Positions 21,260 to 31,908 of a stretch of 64,000 nucleotides of DNA are shown here, piece by piece. Numbering within the stretch: position 1 is the stretch's first letter; the number at the start of each line of letters is the position of its first letter. The position numbers and the translations under genes were made by a program. The stretch spans positions 96,001 to 160,000 of the forward strand of contig CAWDVE010000010.1 in assembly GCA_963805625.1 (NCBI GenBank). The letters are read 5' to 3'. Under the pieces are notes generated by a model that did not search any database, was not told the DNA's origin, and saw only the letters and a list, made by a program, of their open reading frames with translations. Source of the stretch: an uncultured Candidatus Rokubacteria bacterium. Its GTDB lineage: Bacteria; Methylomirabilota; Methylomirabilia; Rokubacteriales; DASRDR01.

Positions 21260-22940
21260 ATGATCTCTGTTTTGTTTGTCGACGATAATACCGATCTTTT
21301 CGGGCAGATCCGCTCATTCCTGGAAAAGGCCGGCGATATCAGGATTGACAACGCCCGTTCCATAAAACAGGCAATCGAGAAAATGAAAGGCCGTACGTAT
21401 GATGTAATCCTTTCCTACGAGCAGATACCGGAAGTGAATCGGCATTGAATTTGTCTCGGATATGAATGGCATTGAATTTTTAAAATATCTCAAATCAACG
21501 GGAAATACAACCCCGGTGATCCTGCTCTGCCGGAGGGGTTCCCAGAAGATTGCTGTCCAGGAAGTCATGATCGGCTCCGAGATCAGCATCCCGAAAAATG
21601 GCGATATACGCCCGAATCTTCCCGAACTGGTTACCCTTATCAAACAGACAATGCTGCGAAGGAAAGCAGAACGGGAAGTAAAAATGCAGAACGACCAGCT
21701 CGCCTCCATCCTGTCTGCAACTCCTCTGGGGATATTCCAGGTCCGAAACGAGGTCATCACGTGGGCAAATCCTCAGTTTGCCGGGATGCTCGGTTATGAA
21801 GAATCATATCCTGTCGGTAAAGAGATGTGCAGTTTCTTCAAAGCTCCTGAAGACTTTGAACGTGTATGCCATGAACTCCGGATTACCAAAACATCCCGGG
21901 GTTTTGGCATGGCCGAATGCAGCCTGGTGAAAAAAGATCATACCTCCCTTGTCTGCCAGCTCCAGGTGCAGGCAGTTGATCCCCGTGATATCGGCAAAGC
22001 CGGTACGTTCGTTGTTACGGATGTCTCAGAAAAAAGGAAGATAGCCGATGCATTGAAAGAGAGTGAGGCACGATACCGGGAAGTGCTCCAGAATACCCAG
22101 AGCATCATTATCCGGATGGACACCCAGGGTACCATCACCTTTTTCAACCGTTTTGCTCTCGAATTCTTCGATTATACCGGTGATGAGGTAATCGGCAAGA
22201 ATGTCGTTGGCACCATCGTTGCAGAGAGAGGGCGTTCCGGGCATGACCTGTCCATGATGGCAAACGATCTCGGGTTCAACGCGGAAGGATATGCTGTTAA
22301 CGTGAATGAGAACGTGCGCCGGAACGGCGATCGGGTCTGGATCGCGTGGATCAACAAGGCAATCCGCGATGAACAGGGCCATATTATCGAGATCCTCTGC
22401 ATCGGAAACGACATTACCGATCGGAAGCGGACCGGTGAGGTACGCATCAGTACCGATACATGGAAGGACATTGTTGTGGCGGATACGGATGTGAAAGAGG
22501 AAGTATTTGATGCGGTCTTTCACATCAGTACCGAAATATCGATTGAGGGCAGGGAAGGAAAATCTGTCGGGACGACGTTCCTCATCGGCGATGCGGATAA
22601 TGTCATGGCAAAATCACGGCAGATATCGCTCAACGCATTCGAGGGGCAGAAACCTGAGTCGCGTATGATCACCAACCAGGACATCAAGGAGAACATCAAG
22701 GAATTTGCCCAGCTCGACGGGGCGTTTGTTATTGACGGCACGGGTTATATACGGGCACAGAGCCGGTATATCACCGTCGATACCAGTAATGTTTCCCTTC
22801 CCAAGGGCATGGGTACCCGCCACAATTCTGTTGCCGCGATGACGCAGGTCACCACCGCGGTTGGTATTGTCGTGTCCCAGAGCGGCGGGGGGATTACCAT
22901 CTTTAAGAATGGACTGATCCTCAAGAAGATTACCCTGTGA
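21260..22940 (+). CDS. REC-PAS-PAS-DisA_N diadenylate cyclase (frameshift near 21440)
   Basis: VLFVDDN receiver start, two PAS/PAC units (…VTDVSEKR, …GNDITDRK) and DAC motifs EGREGKSVGT, QLDGAFVI, GTRH and VVSQS. Confidence 0.85.
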
Positions 22941-22982
22941 TGCACCGGGATCTCACTGCGGTTTCACGATAGCGTCATTTTT

Positions 22983-23291
22983 GGGCTATAGCCCGTAGCC
23001 CACGATCTCCAAGGTATCGTTGATGAAAATTATTGTGAGGATTTTACACGTGAAATTTGCACCAATAATACCAGGATACATGCTTCCGGTGATAGATCTG
23101 GACTCCAATCACGGAAGTACCGATGGGATGACCTGCGCCGCACCACCGAAGGGACGCCCCCGCGGCGCTTCAATTACCTGCAAAACATCGCCCAGACCTC
23201 TCAAGAGACCTGTTACGGATGGCAGTCATACCTTCATATTTTTCATGGTTTGGGTGCGAACTCCAGTTCATGCCCGTTTCAACATGAGCCC
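22983..23291 (+). mobile_element. Degenerate MITE-like repeat copy (partial module A, orientation 1)
   Basis: ATTGTGAGGATTT, CCGAAGGGACGCCCCCGCGGCG and a right end GTTCATGCCCGTTTCAACATGAGCCC. Confidence 0.7.
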
Positions 23292-23613
23292 TTTCCTGCA
23301 TTTTTCGGGAGCGAGATTAAAAAAAGAGGTTCAATAACTTTTCTTTCAGCTGGTGTTATGGTGATAAATTCCTTCAACTTTGCGCGGATTTTTACATCAT
23401 ACAGGAAAAGGTCACACGTGAATTCCCGATCGCTGGAGTGAACGGCTGGTATTTTTCCATCATGGTTTTTCATCAATTCACGATAAAAAACCTTTGCATC
23501 CCTGGGTCGTTCTTTGTCGACAGGATAGATATTATACGAATGAATCATCCGGTTCATTTTATACCACTTTGTGGTTACATTATATAAATTTATCTCTCAT
23601 TTGTTACCCCGTT

Positions 23614-25686
23614 TTATCCGGAACGACAGTTTTTCCCGTGGTATTCTTCCCAGCACAGGTGACGGCATATGTTTCCTACCGCTTTGAATGCATCTTCAAG
23701 ATCCGGGAAATTCGGGATACCGGAGTCATGGAGTATGCGAAGCGGAGTCTTCATGGAATCGCCACCGATCATGCACCCGACGATCATCCTGTGGGTGTTT
23801 TTTGAGAATCTGACCAGCTCATTTGCAACCCGTATCGGATCGGATATTGCCGAGGGTACTGCAATGATAAACGCGATATCCCAGAGATCCTGGTTTTTGA
23901 TCATGACATCGAACGTGCGGGCAAACCGGTCAGCCGAGGCATCCCCGACCATATCGATCGGGTTGCGACGGTTCCAGTCAGGAGGAAGGATAAGGTCCAG
24001 TTCCCTGATTATGAAGTCGGGAAGATCCACCAGTTCGATACCGAACTGCTCTGCATAATCGGATGAAAGAACTGCAAAACCTCCGGCATTGCTGATGACT
24101 ATTGCACGGATACCGTTGGGATATCCTTCCGATGAAAGGAGTTCGGCGGTCTGGAACGCCTCCCGCATGGACCGGACGGGAATGATGCCGGACTGCCAGA
24201 ACGCTGCCTGGTATACTTCGTAACTCCCGGCCAGCGAACCGGTATGCGAGGCTGCCGTCATCTGCCCGATCCTGGATGAACCGGACTTGATCGCAACAAC
24301 AGGTTTTTCAGGCGTTACCCCACGGGCAATTTCCATGAAGCGTCGGCCGTCGGGGATCTCTTCGATGTAGAGGATAACTGCACGGGTAGCAGGATCATCG
24401 CCGGCATAGGTCAGGAAATCCTCAAAACTCAGATCAGCCTGGTTGCCAACGCTGATAACGGCAGAAAAACCTATTTCTTCGGGCAGGCTCCAGTCAACGA
24501 TGGTAGAGATGATCGCCCCGCTCTGGGAGATAAATGCAATGGAACCGGGTTTTGGCGATATCGGATCAAATGTTGTATTGATACCCTGGAGCGGCAACAT
24601 AAGTCCGAGGCAGTTCGGACCCATAATGCGAATGCCATACTTTTCTGCAATCAGCAGGACATTGCGTTCAAGATCCTTTCCTGCTTCACCGCTTTCCCTG
24701 AATCCGGATGAGATAATGATAGCGAATAAAATCCCCTTTTTCCCGGCTTCTTCAACGACAAGCGGTACAGTCCGGGCCGGAACTGCAATTACGGCGACAT
24801 CGACCTTGTCGGGAATTGCGGAAAGTGAAGGGTAGACCGTCCGCCCAAGGATGGTCTGGTGTTTTGGATTTACCGGGTAGAGCTGTCCGGGGAATGACAG
24901 GAGGTTTCTCAGGACCGCGTACCCTACCTTATTGGGTTCTGGCGAAGCGCCGACCAGTGCAATCGATTTGATATCCAGGATCCCGGGTGGAAGGGGTTTT
25001 TTCTGCGGGGGCTGGGGCACACTCGTCTCATCGGTCACATAGATCCGGGCATCCACAATACATGTCCCTTTTTCATAGAGAAAAACCGGGTTGAGGTCGA
25101 ATTCTGTCACCTCAGTATGTGCCATGAAAAACTGTGCTACCGTGTCGATCAATGCAATGAGCCCTTCCTTGTCGCGTGCCGGTTCGTTGCGGAATCCCCT
25201 GATCAGGGGATATGCCTGCAATTCCTGGATCATGGCATTGATATCGGCATGCCCGACCGGCAGTACCCGTATCGACACGTCACGGATAAGCTCGACAAGG
25301 GTCCCCCCCATACCGACGGTAATGATCTTCCCGAATGTCGGATCTATCCTGCCCCCGACAAGGATCTCGAGTCCCTTTTTCTCCTGTCGTTCGATAATGA
25401 AACCGGAGATATCGGCTGATGGATCATGTGCCTTTACCTTGGAAGAGATCGTATCGAATGCACGTTCGGCATCGGCAGCAGACAGAATACCGGTCACAAC
25501 CCCCCCGGCATCACTTTTGTGAACTACCCGGGGAGAAATGACCTTCATAACCAGCGGGTAACCCAGCGAATCGGCAGCTGCTGCAACTTCACTGCGGGTC
25601 CGGATAACAAGAAATTCAGGAACCGGTATGCCGTTTTTTTTCAATAGTTCGTATCCTTCTGCTTCGGAAAGCATCCTGCGAGCCAT
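23614..25686 (-). CDS. acdAB: ADP-forming acetate/acyl-CoA ligase, fused (ATP-grasp beta domain N-terminal)
   Basis: HKSDAGGV, DPTFG, DLNP, GPNCLG, SQSGA, SHTGSLAG and NPIDM. Confidence 0.9.
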   Translation of the reverse strand: MARRMLSEAEGYELLKKNGIPVPEFLVIRTRSEVAAAADSLGYPLVMKVISPRVVHKSDAGGVVTGILSAADAERAFDTISSKVKAHDPSADISGFIIERQEKKGLEILVGGRIDPTFGKIITVGMGGTLVELIRDVSIRVLPVGHADINAMIQELQAYPLIRGFRNEPARDKEGLIALIDTVAQFFMAHTEVTEFDLNPVFLYEKGTCIVDARIYVTDETSVPQPPQKKPLPPGILDIKSIALVGASPEPNKVGYAVLRNLLSFPGQLYPVNPKHQTILGRTVYPSLSAIPDKVDVAVIAVPARTVPLVVEEAGKKGILFAIIISSGFRESGEAGKDLERNVLLIAEKYGIRIMGPNCLGLMLPLQGINTTFDPISPKPGSIAFISQSGAIISTIVDWSLPEEIGFSAVISVGNQADLSFEDFLTYAGDDPATRAVILYIEEIPDGRRFMEIARGVTPEKPVVAIKSGSSRIGQMTAASHTGSLAGSYEVYQAAFWQSGIIPVRSMREAFQTAELLSSEGYPNGIRAIVISNAGGFAVLSSDYAEQFGIELVDLPDFIIRELDLILPPDWNRRNPIDMVGDASADRFARTFDVMIKNQDLWDIAFIIAVPSAISDPIRVANELVRFSKNTHRMIVGCMIGGDSMKTPLRILHDSGIPNFPDLEDAFKAVGNICRHLCWEEYHGKNCRSG

Positions 25687-25990
25687 AATCAGTAATTCCC
25701 GTGTAGGTATAGCCGGCTCTTACATTATAGGTTTTTTATTACGAACGCTGAAAAAAGCAACATTTACGGGTCTTATCCGGGTATCTCCTCACAAAAACGA
25801 AATGAGGGTGACACTATATCATCGATTTCCCAACGCCCTGTCATTTGCTCGCAGAAGTTACCTGCAAGGTTTTAATCGTTTTCGGCAGGTTTTTCAGAAA
25901 TTGCTCAATGCAGGGGGAAATTTCTTATCGGCACATCATATCTGATATTACCTATTGAGAGATGATTACCCGTCCCGAGAAAAATCATCG

Positions 25991-26117
25991 GATTTACGAG
26001 GGTTCCCCGCCTCAGGGCCTCTCCGAGGCACGGCGGGGCAGGGAGGTGTTTGAAATTCTTTCGATCTGATCCGCCGCGGGGGCGTCCCTTCGGGGGCGGC
26101 GGCGTTCATCATAAATC
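25991..26117 (-). repeat. Stand-alone module B of the repeat family
   Basis: GC hairpin core bounded by its own inverted ends GATTTACGA...TCATAAATC. Confidence 0.85.
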
Positions 26118-26298
26118 AAAATAGCGGGACACACATCCCAAGTCATTTAGTATTTATACGATTTTTCATGAATGAGGCACAATCTTTTTTATGAGAGTAA
26201 ATCGATTTCCAGGATAGTCGAGGGACACCGGGTCAGATAACTGCAGAAACGTTCTGAAATGGCTCACGAATAATATAGGATTTTTGCACCGGATAGAC

Positions 26299-27411
26299 TC
26301 ACACAGGAAAATACGGAGTATTGGTCTTCAGGCACATCGCCAGTTCCTCCATAATGGGAACAATCTCATGTTCTTTTTCGAAACGCCGGCTGATGAGTTC
26401 GGCAAGACTCCCCTGGGCGATTCGCTTGCTGATGATGGGGAGGTACTCGCGCTCATCAGGTGTTGCATGCTTCCATGCAGCATCATAGAGACGGTTCAGT
26501 TCAGGCCTGAGTTCTTCTGTACCTCTGTGTATCGCGCGATCGGTGAGTTCAAGCAGGGCAGTCTGGTCAGTTTCGAGCCGGAGCGAATGACACCTCAGCA
26601 GTGACCGCACAAAAGCACAGACTGCCATATCTGAACGGATACATTCCTGCTCGTCAAGCGCCTTGATCTCAAGACAGGTACGGGAAAAACGGATGATCAG
26701 CCCGCTCGAGTTCACCCACTCTTCGCAGAGAATATCTGCTCCCCTCAGGCGGAGTTCTGAAAAAACCTCTTCCTGGGTCGCACGATAATCATCGGCACAA
26801 CGGATCTTCTCAGGAATAATCCGGTTGCAGATGAGCGGGATCTCTTTCTGGTTCTCCCGGTAACAGATAAGCCGGTTATCAGCAATTCCCGTAAGTTTTC
26901 CTTCCACCATGGGAGAAGAAGCGGTGACTGCAATAAGGTAGGGGAGCAGGGAGCGGATCCGGTTATAGGTCGTCACCAGTTCCTGTTCGTGTGCATAGGA
27001 AAGATTGATCTGCAACGCCTGGATGTTCAGCCAGCCGTGCTGGTGGATGTTAAAAAGACGGTCATATGCATCATAGTATTCTCCCTCGTCATGATCCCAG
27101 ACTGCCGTGCGGTCAAGAGTAAGGGTCGGGTGCATGCCCAGTCCGAGCAGCCAGTAGCGTCCCTCGAAAATATGGTAAAATTTTCGTATCCCCTTCATGA
27201 GCTGGTTTTCAAGTGAGGCAAGGTTGTCAGCGGGGACACGGGGGATAATTTCGAGGACCGTTTTCTGGAGTTCCTTGCTGAGTTTCACATCACCAAAGAG
27301 GATCTCGCTTTCGGTACGTCCGCAGATGGTCCTGATAATCCGGTCGGAAACGGGCAGGGCATTGAACCGCCGGTCATTGATGGAGTATTCATGTTCGGTA
27401 CCGATTGTCAT
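26299..27411 (-). CDS. Glutamate-cysteine ligase (GCS2/carboxylate-amine ligase) family protein
   Basis: GTEHEY, ELQKTVLE, GMHP, QALQINL, ASSPMVEG and EIKALDEQE. Confidence 0.85.
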   Translation of the reverse strand: MTIGTEHEYSINDRRFNALPVSDRIIRTICGRTESEILFGDVKLSKELQKTVLEIIPRVPADNLASLENQLMKGIRKFYHIFEGRYWLLGLGMHPTLTLDRTAVWDHDEGEYYDAYDRLFNIHQHGWLNIQALQINLSYAHEQELVTTYNRIRSLLPYLIAVTASSPMVEGKLTGIADNRLICYRENQKEIPLICNRIIPEKIRCADDYRATQEEVFSELRLRGADILCEEWVNSSGLIIRFSRTCLEIKALDEQECIRSDMAVCAFVRSLLRCHSLRLETDQTALLELTDRAIHRGTEELRPELNRLYDAAWKHATPDEREYLPIISKRIAQGSLAELISRRFEKEHEIVPIMEELAMCLKTNTPYFPV

Positions 27412-27914
27412 GAGACTGCACAATTCCTCCGGGGGACTTCTGATACCTTTTCTGTTTCCGGCTCATCAATGCGGCAGACGGCATCAATTTCTTCCTGCGT
27501 GAGATTGCTGACGAGGTGGGTGATGCTTTTCACCGCAAGGTCATACTGGAGCTGGTATGCTTCGGGGGTATTTTTCAGGAGCGTAACGAGCGGACAGATA
27601 CCCGGAAATTTCAGGTAAATTTCAATAACATCTCCTTTCACGTCAAACGTGAACGGCCCGGCCCGGCATGTTTCAGGTTTTATCGCATGAATGACGCATT
27701 TGCCATTCTCTGAAAGTATGCAGACACCATTTTCCCGTGCTTTAAGACGTTTATACCCGACATCCTCAAACAGGTCCGGGGAAACCCCGGCAGCAGTCAG
27801 TCTCCCGCAACAGGATCGCGATACCGGGGGATGTGCATCAACACAACAATGCCCCCCGCACCGCATGCAAATCTCTTCAGCATGGCCCAACCAGTCTTCA
27901 GTCAAAAAGATCAC
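27408..27914 (-). CDS. YkgJ-family cysteine-cluster (Fe-S/Zn) protein
   Basis: CMRCGGHCC...C...CVIHAIKPETCRAGPF...CP. Confidence 0.85.
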   Translation of the reverse strand: MIFLTEDWLGHAEEICMRCGGHCCVDAHPPVSRSCCGRLTAAGVSPDLFEDVGYKRLKARENGVCILSENGKCVIHAIKPETCRAGPFTFDVKGDVIEIYLKFPGICPLVTLLKNTPEAYQLQYDLAVKSITHLVSNLTQEEIDAVCRIDEPETEKVSEVPRRNCAVS

Positions 27915-28783
27915 GTCGTAAAAAGGTAAGAAACAATCTGTTCGAATACACGGGGGTAACAGTCATCCTCACCGCTCTCGATAGAGGGATTGTCATTCAC
28001 CTCAATAACGTACGCATCCCCGTTATTATTTTTTATGTCCACACCATACAGGCCCCTGCCTATCGCATTTGCTGCATCAATCCCGAGATCGATCACATGG
28101 GGCGGGACCTTGTCCGGAGAGACACTCTCCACCCCGCAGTAGACAAGATGACCATTCACCGATGCCTGGATCTTGAAGGTATCGGAGGGAATCGTGTACT
28201 TGCAGACATAGAGCAGATTCCCGCCAAGCACGCCCACGCGCCAGTCATACCTGCTCTCAATATACTGCTGCACGACGATCCAGTCCGAGAGCTTGATAAA
28301 CCTGCGGGCGACACGGAAAAATTCTGCGATATCGTTGACTTTTTCGACCCGGAGCGAGAAAGAAGTGGAAGGCTCCTTGACGATAAGGGGGGACCCGAGT
28401 TCATCGAACAGATGCGTTACTTCCTCGACAGTGAGATGGGTTTTTGATAAGAAAACGGTTTTTGGCAGGGAGATATTCTTTTCGATCAGGTGCGAGTACA
28501 TGTTGACCTTATCAGAGCAGATCCGGATTGAGCGGGGATCGTCGATGACCGGTATGCCGTGAAACTCTGCCATCCGTGCTGCCACGTAGGTAACATTCAA
28601 CGGGTCGGTACGGGCACGGATGAAGAGTGCATCCATTTTCGGAATTTTATGGATATCTACAGGAAATATGAAGTCCACGTCATGGCCCATCCCCTCGGCA
28701 ATGTCCCGGCAGCGGATCAGCGCATTGAGCTGCTCGGAATTTGAGAGGGTCTTCCGATCGACAAAGATGCCAAGCTGACTCAT
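27911..28783 (-). CDS. RimK-like ATP-grasp ligase
   Basis: CSDK, IVKEP, QQYI...DWRVGVL and YGVDIK...IEVNDNPSI. Confidence 0.9.
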   Translation of the reverse strand: MSQLGIFVDRKTLSNSEQLNALIRCRDIAEGMGHDVDFIFPVDIHKIPKMDALFIRARTDPLNVTYVAARMAEFHGIPVIDDPRSIRICSDKVNMYSHLIEKNISLPKTVFLSKTHLTVEEVTHLFDELGSPLIVKEPSTSFSLRVEKVNDIAEFFRVARRFIKLSDWIVVQQYIESRYDWRVGVLGGNLLYVCKYTIPSDTFKIQASVNGHLVYCGVESVSPDKVPPHVIDLGIDAANAIGRGLYGVDIKNNNGDAYVIEVNDNPSIESGEDDCYPRVFEQIVSYLFTT

Positions 28784-29789
28784 AGGAATTCCTGGTTGGA
28801 GAGATATGCCGCGAGCAGGGTGCGTTCATCAGCGGTAAGCTGGGAGTACCGGGTAGGAGCAAGAGATGACAGCAGAAGATGTTCACCGGTTTTTACCAAC
28901 ACCATGGTGACAAGGGGAATCCGGAAACATTCGTACACCTTCTCTGCAATAGTTGCGAAAGGGGACAGGGATGTGGCAGTTTTTCCAAAAATTCCCACAC
29001 AGGAATGAATCGTCGCCCCGTCCCCCAGTTTCTGGTAGCAGAAGGGATATTTGCCGATGTTGGTGATGTGTTTTATCACTTCTTTTGCCTTTTCGTTGTC
29101 GTGCACCTCAAAGAAATCGGATGTCGTGGCAAAATAATTCAGTCCATACAAGAGTGCAGGCAGGGGGACATACCCCTGGGATATCCCCCATTCACAGACC
29201 GGGATACCCCCCTGTTTTGCCCGCTCAAGGCAGATGGGTACAACATACGCATCGAGAATCGCACGGCTGGAAGGCCTGACCTTTTTTCCTTCCAGTTCAT
29301 AGCTCAGAATGGTGTAATAGGTCTCGGTTTTATACGAGTAATTTTCGCTGACAATATGGCAGGTATTATTGCGTCTGACACAATAGTGCGAGTCTTTTAT
29401 GATATTCTGCTCACGCTTTGCACTTGCCTTAACCGGTGTTTTACGTAAAGATGGCACATCGTCACACAATTCCGGCTCAGACCCTGTGGCGGGAACCAGG
29501 GGCAGTTCGGAATCAGATACTGTACTGGCATCTTTTGCGTGAGCTGTATCAGATCCTCTGGGACTCATCGGATCACCAGCCCGTCCTGCATCAGCCAGTC
29601 TGGAGTCCGCACAAAAATCCTCTGATACCGGGCACATACCGATGGTGTATCGGGACAGGGTACAACAGATGGATGTATCGTATGCTCCCCGGTATCTGCA
29701 CCTGAGATACAGGGCGTCGTAAAAAAACAGGAAGGGGACCGACTATGGGCCTCTTCATCATCGTCATCGTTTTCAAGGCACTCGTTCAT
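28780..29789 (-). CDS. RLAN (RimK-like ATP-grasp N-terminal) domain protein with long acidic N-terminal extension (probable frameshift near 29632)
   Basis: NYSYKTETYY...E...VRPS RLAN-like core. The upstream frame MNECLENDDDDEE... joins it if one C is added. Confidence 0.65.
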
Positions 29790-30008
29790 GTTCAACACTA
29801 ATCCAATACCAGTCCATTGGATTATCGTTGATAGCTATAAGCATCGATCTTTAAAGTAGTTTGTAGGGATCACGTGCAAAAATCACTCTGGCTCATATCA
29901 GCGGTTTGAGCGGGTATACGAGGGAAATTCAAAGTATCCGGAATGCTGGAGCGGTTCCACGCCACAAAAAGTAAAGTTGATATTATTATATCACTATCAG
30001 TAATCACC

Positions 30009-30563
30009 ATGCATATTCCTACGCCCGAAGAACTCCGGGCACGCCGTGAAGCCCTTGGCATGAAACAGACAGAACTTGCAAAACGTGCAGGTATCAGTCA
30101 GTCAATGGTGGCACGGATCGAGGCGGGAAATGTAGACCCCAGGGTAAGTACGTTATCCAAAATCATTGTTGTCCTGAACAGTGCAGAACCCAGAAAAATC
30201 CGGGCAATGCAGATTATGCACACTCCTGTCCTGTCCGTCCAGCCCCAGGATGCGATAACACGTGCGGTTGAGATCTTTGAAAAGAATAATATCTCACAAT
30301 TACCCGTCATCGAAAGGGGTGTGCCGGTCGGCTGCATCTCTGAAACGGTCATCGTCAAGGCCATCGAACAGCAACGGTTGCACAAGACCCACCTTTTTGT
30401 TGTCCGCGATTTTATGGAACCCGGGTTTCCAACCGTCCCTCCGGACATGGATGTCGAAACGGTCATCAACATCCTGCAGCAGAACCATGCCGTGCTGGTG
30501 ATCGAAGGCGGGATGGTCAGGGGTGTAATAACCAAGCATGATCTCATCTCACTGATTGTCTAG
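30009..30563 (+). CDS. XRE-HTH plus CBS-pair transcriptional regulator
   Basis: QTELAKRAGISQSMVARIE..DPRVST, ISQLPV and GVITKHD. Confidence 0.9.
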   Translation: MHIPTPEELRARREALGMKQTELAKRAGISQSMVARIEAGNVDPRVSTLSKIIVVLNSAEPRKIRAMQIMHTPVLSVQPQDAITRAVEIFEKNNISQLPVIERGVPVGCISETVIVKAIEQQRLHKTHLFVVRDFMEPGFPTVPPDMDVETVINILQQNHAVLVIEGGMVRGVITKHDLISLIV

Positions 30564-30730
30564 GCATAGGGGAGACAGAGGGGATCGAAAAACCTGTTCT
30601 CTTTTTCCATGGTTCGGGAAAGTCTACGTTTCTGAGAATCCTGTCTTTTAAGATTATCGTACCGGTGATATTGCAGTAACAACTAAACGATAGTTCTCCA
30701 GTGAGAATTGGAATTCCTGTCATACATTCA

Positions 30731-30870
30731 TATTTATGAGGGTTCCCCGCCTCAGGGCCTCTCCGAGGCACGGCGGGGCAGGGAGGTTTTCAGAGATTAT
30801 CGGAAACTTACCGATTTTGTTGAATGATCCCATGCAGGAACGTCCCTTCGGAAGCAGCGGCGTTCATCAC
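30731..30870 (-). repeat. Stand-alone module B copy (first of a tandem pair)
   Basis: ATTTATGAGGGTTCCCCGCCTCAGGGCCTCTCCGAGGCACGGCGGGG...CGTCCCTTCGG...GTTCATC. Confidence 0.8.
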
Positions 30871-30913
30871 TCTCTGTTTCAAAAACAATTCCTGAACGGA
30901 AAATTTCATAAAA

Positions 30914-31056
30914 ATTTATGAGGATCACCCGCCTCAGGGCCTTTCCGAGGGCGCTGCGGGTCAGAGGTTTTTTAGAGTCTGTCAAAATGTACCAACTTTG
31001 TTAACTGATCCGCCGCGGGGGCGTCCCTTCGGGGGCGGCGGCGTTCATCCTAAATC
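30914..31056 (-). repeat. Stand-alone module B copy (second of a tandem pair)
   Basis: ATTTATGAGG...GATCCGCCGCGGGGGCGTCCCTTCGGGGGCGGCGGCGTTCATCCTAAATC. Confidence 0.8.
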
Positions 31057-31160
31057 GGGATGAGTCCCTTGTATCCAAAAATTGTAGTATATTTAGCGGA
31101 AATTAATGGGTTTTTTCCCGTAACCGTTCATGTCCGGCAGGATTCCCAATAAACCGCTTT

Positions 31161-31829
31161 TCATAATTTCGATACCAGATCGCGGAGCACATCAGCCGGC
31201 TCCTTTGCCTTCACCACACTGGATGCGAGCAGCACGCCATCAGTACCGAGATCGACGGCGATTCTCACGCAGTCCCCGGACTGGATACCGGCACCGGTCA
31301 GCACCCTGACTTTTGCATTCACTGCGTGGACTGCTGCCACCGACTTCCTGATAATTTCCGGATTGGCTTTTGAAACCGATACGCCGCTCCCGATCAGTTC
31401 CGGGGGTTCAATGGCCACGTAATCCGGTGCAAGGGCTGCAGCAGCGGCGCTGGTGGCTTCATTATTCGAACAGACGACCGCAGCCAGTTTCTGTGCCTGC
31501 AATGCCCTGACTGAGGCCTCGATATCGGCAAGTGTCAGGCGCCTCTCCGAATGATTGACCAGCGAGCCTGCAGCTCCTGCCATTTTGATGGCATCAGCAG
31601 TGATGTGCCCCGTATGAGCACCGGGCTCATAACCGTCCACATGCTGTGCATATACCGGGATGGCAAAGTGATGACAGATGGGATGGAGATCGATATAGGA
31701 GGGGGCGATTCCAATGGTTGCCCCGCTTTCATGAGCCACAAGCTGTGCAGCATTTGCAATCATATGGGCACGGTTACCCATTCCTTCTCTGAAAGTCTTT
31801 ACATTTACCAGAATGAATGGTGAAGGCAT
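31161..31829 (-). CDS. tpiA: Triosephosphate isomerase (archaeal type)
   Basis: [23 protein letters not shown] and LLAS. Confidence 0.95.
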   Translation of the reverse strand: MPSPFILVNVKTFREGMGNRAHMIANAAQLVAHESGATIGIAPSYIDLHPICHHFAIPVYAQHVDGYEPGAHTGHITADAIKMAGAAGSLVNHSERRLTLADIEASVRALQAQKLAAVVCSNNEATSAAAAALAPDYVAIEPPELIGSGVSVSKANPEIIRKSVAAVHAVNAKVRVLTGAGIQSGDCVRIAVDLGTDGVLLASSVVKAKEPADVLRDLVSKL

Positions 31830-31908
31830 AACAACTCCTTATCCTGCTCTCTGAACGGATTAGTTAATCCATTTCAGTTCAATTATGATGAATATTTGTA
31901 CATGATGT

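Noticed and set aside
23279-23557. 92-aa minus-strand ORF downstream of acdAB
   Set aside because: It has no recognisable motif and ends inside a repeat copy, so it cannot be supported.
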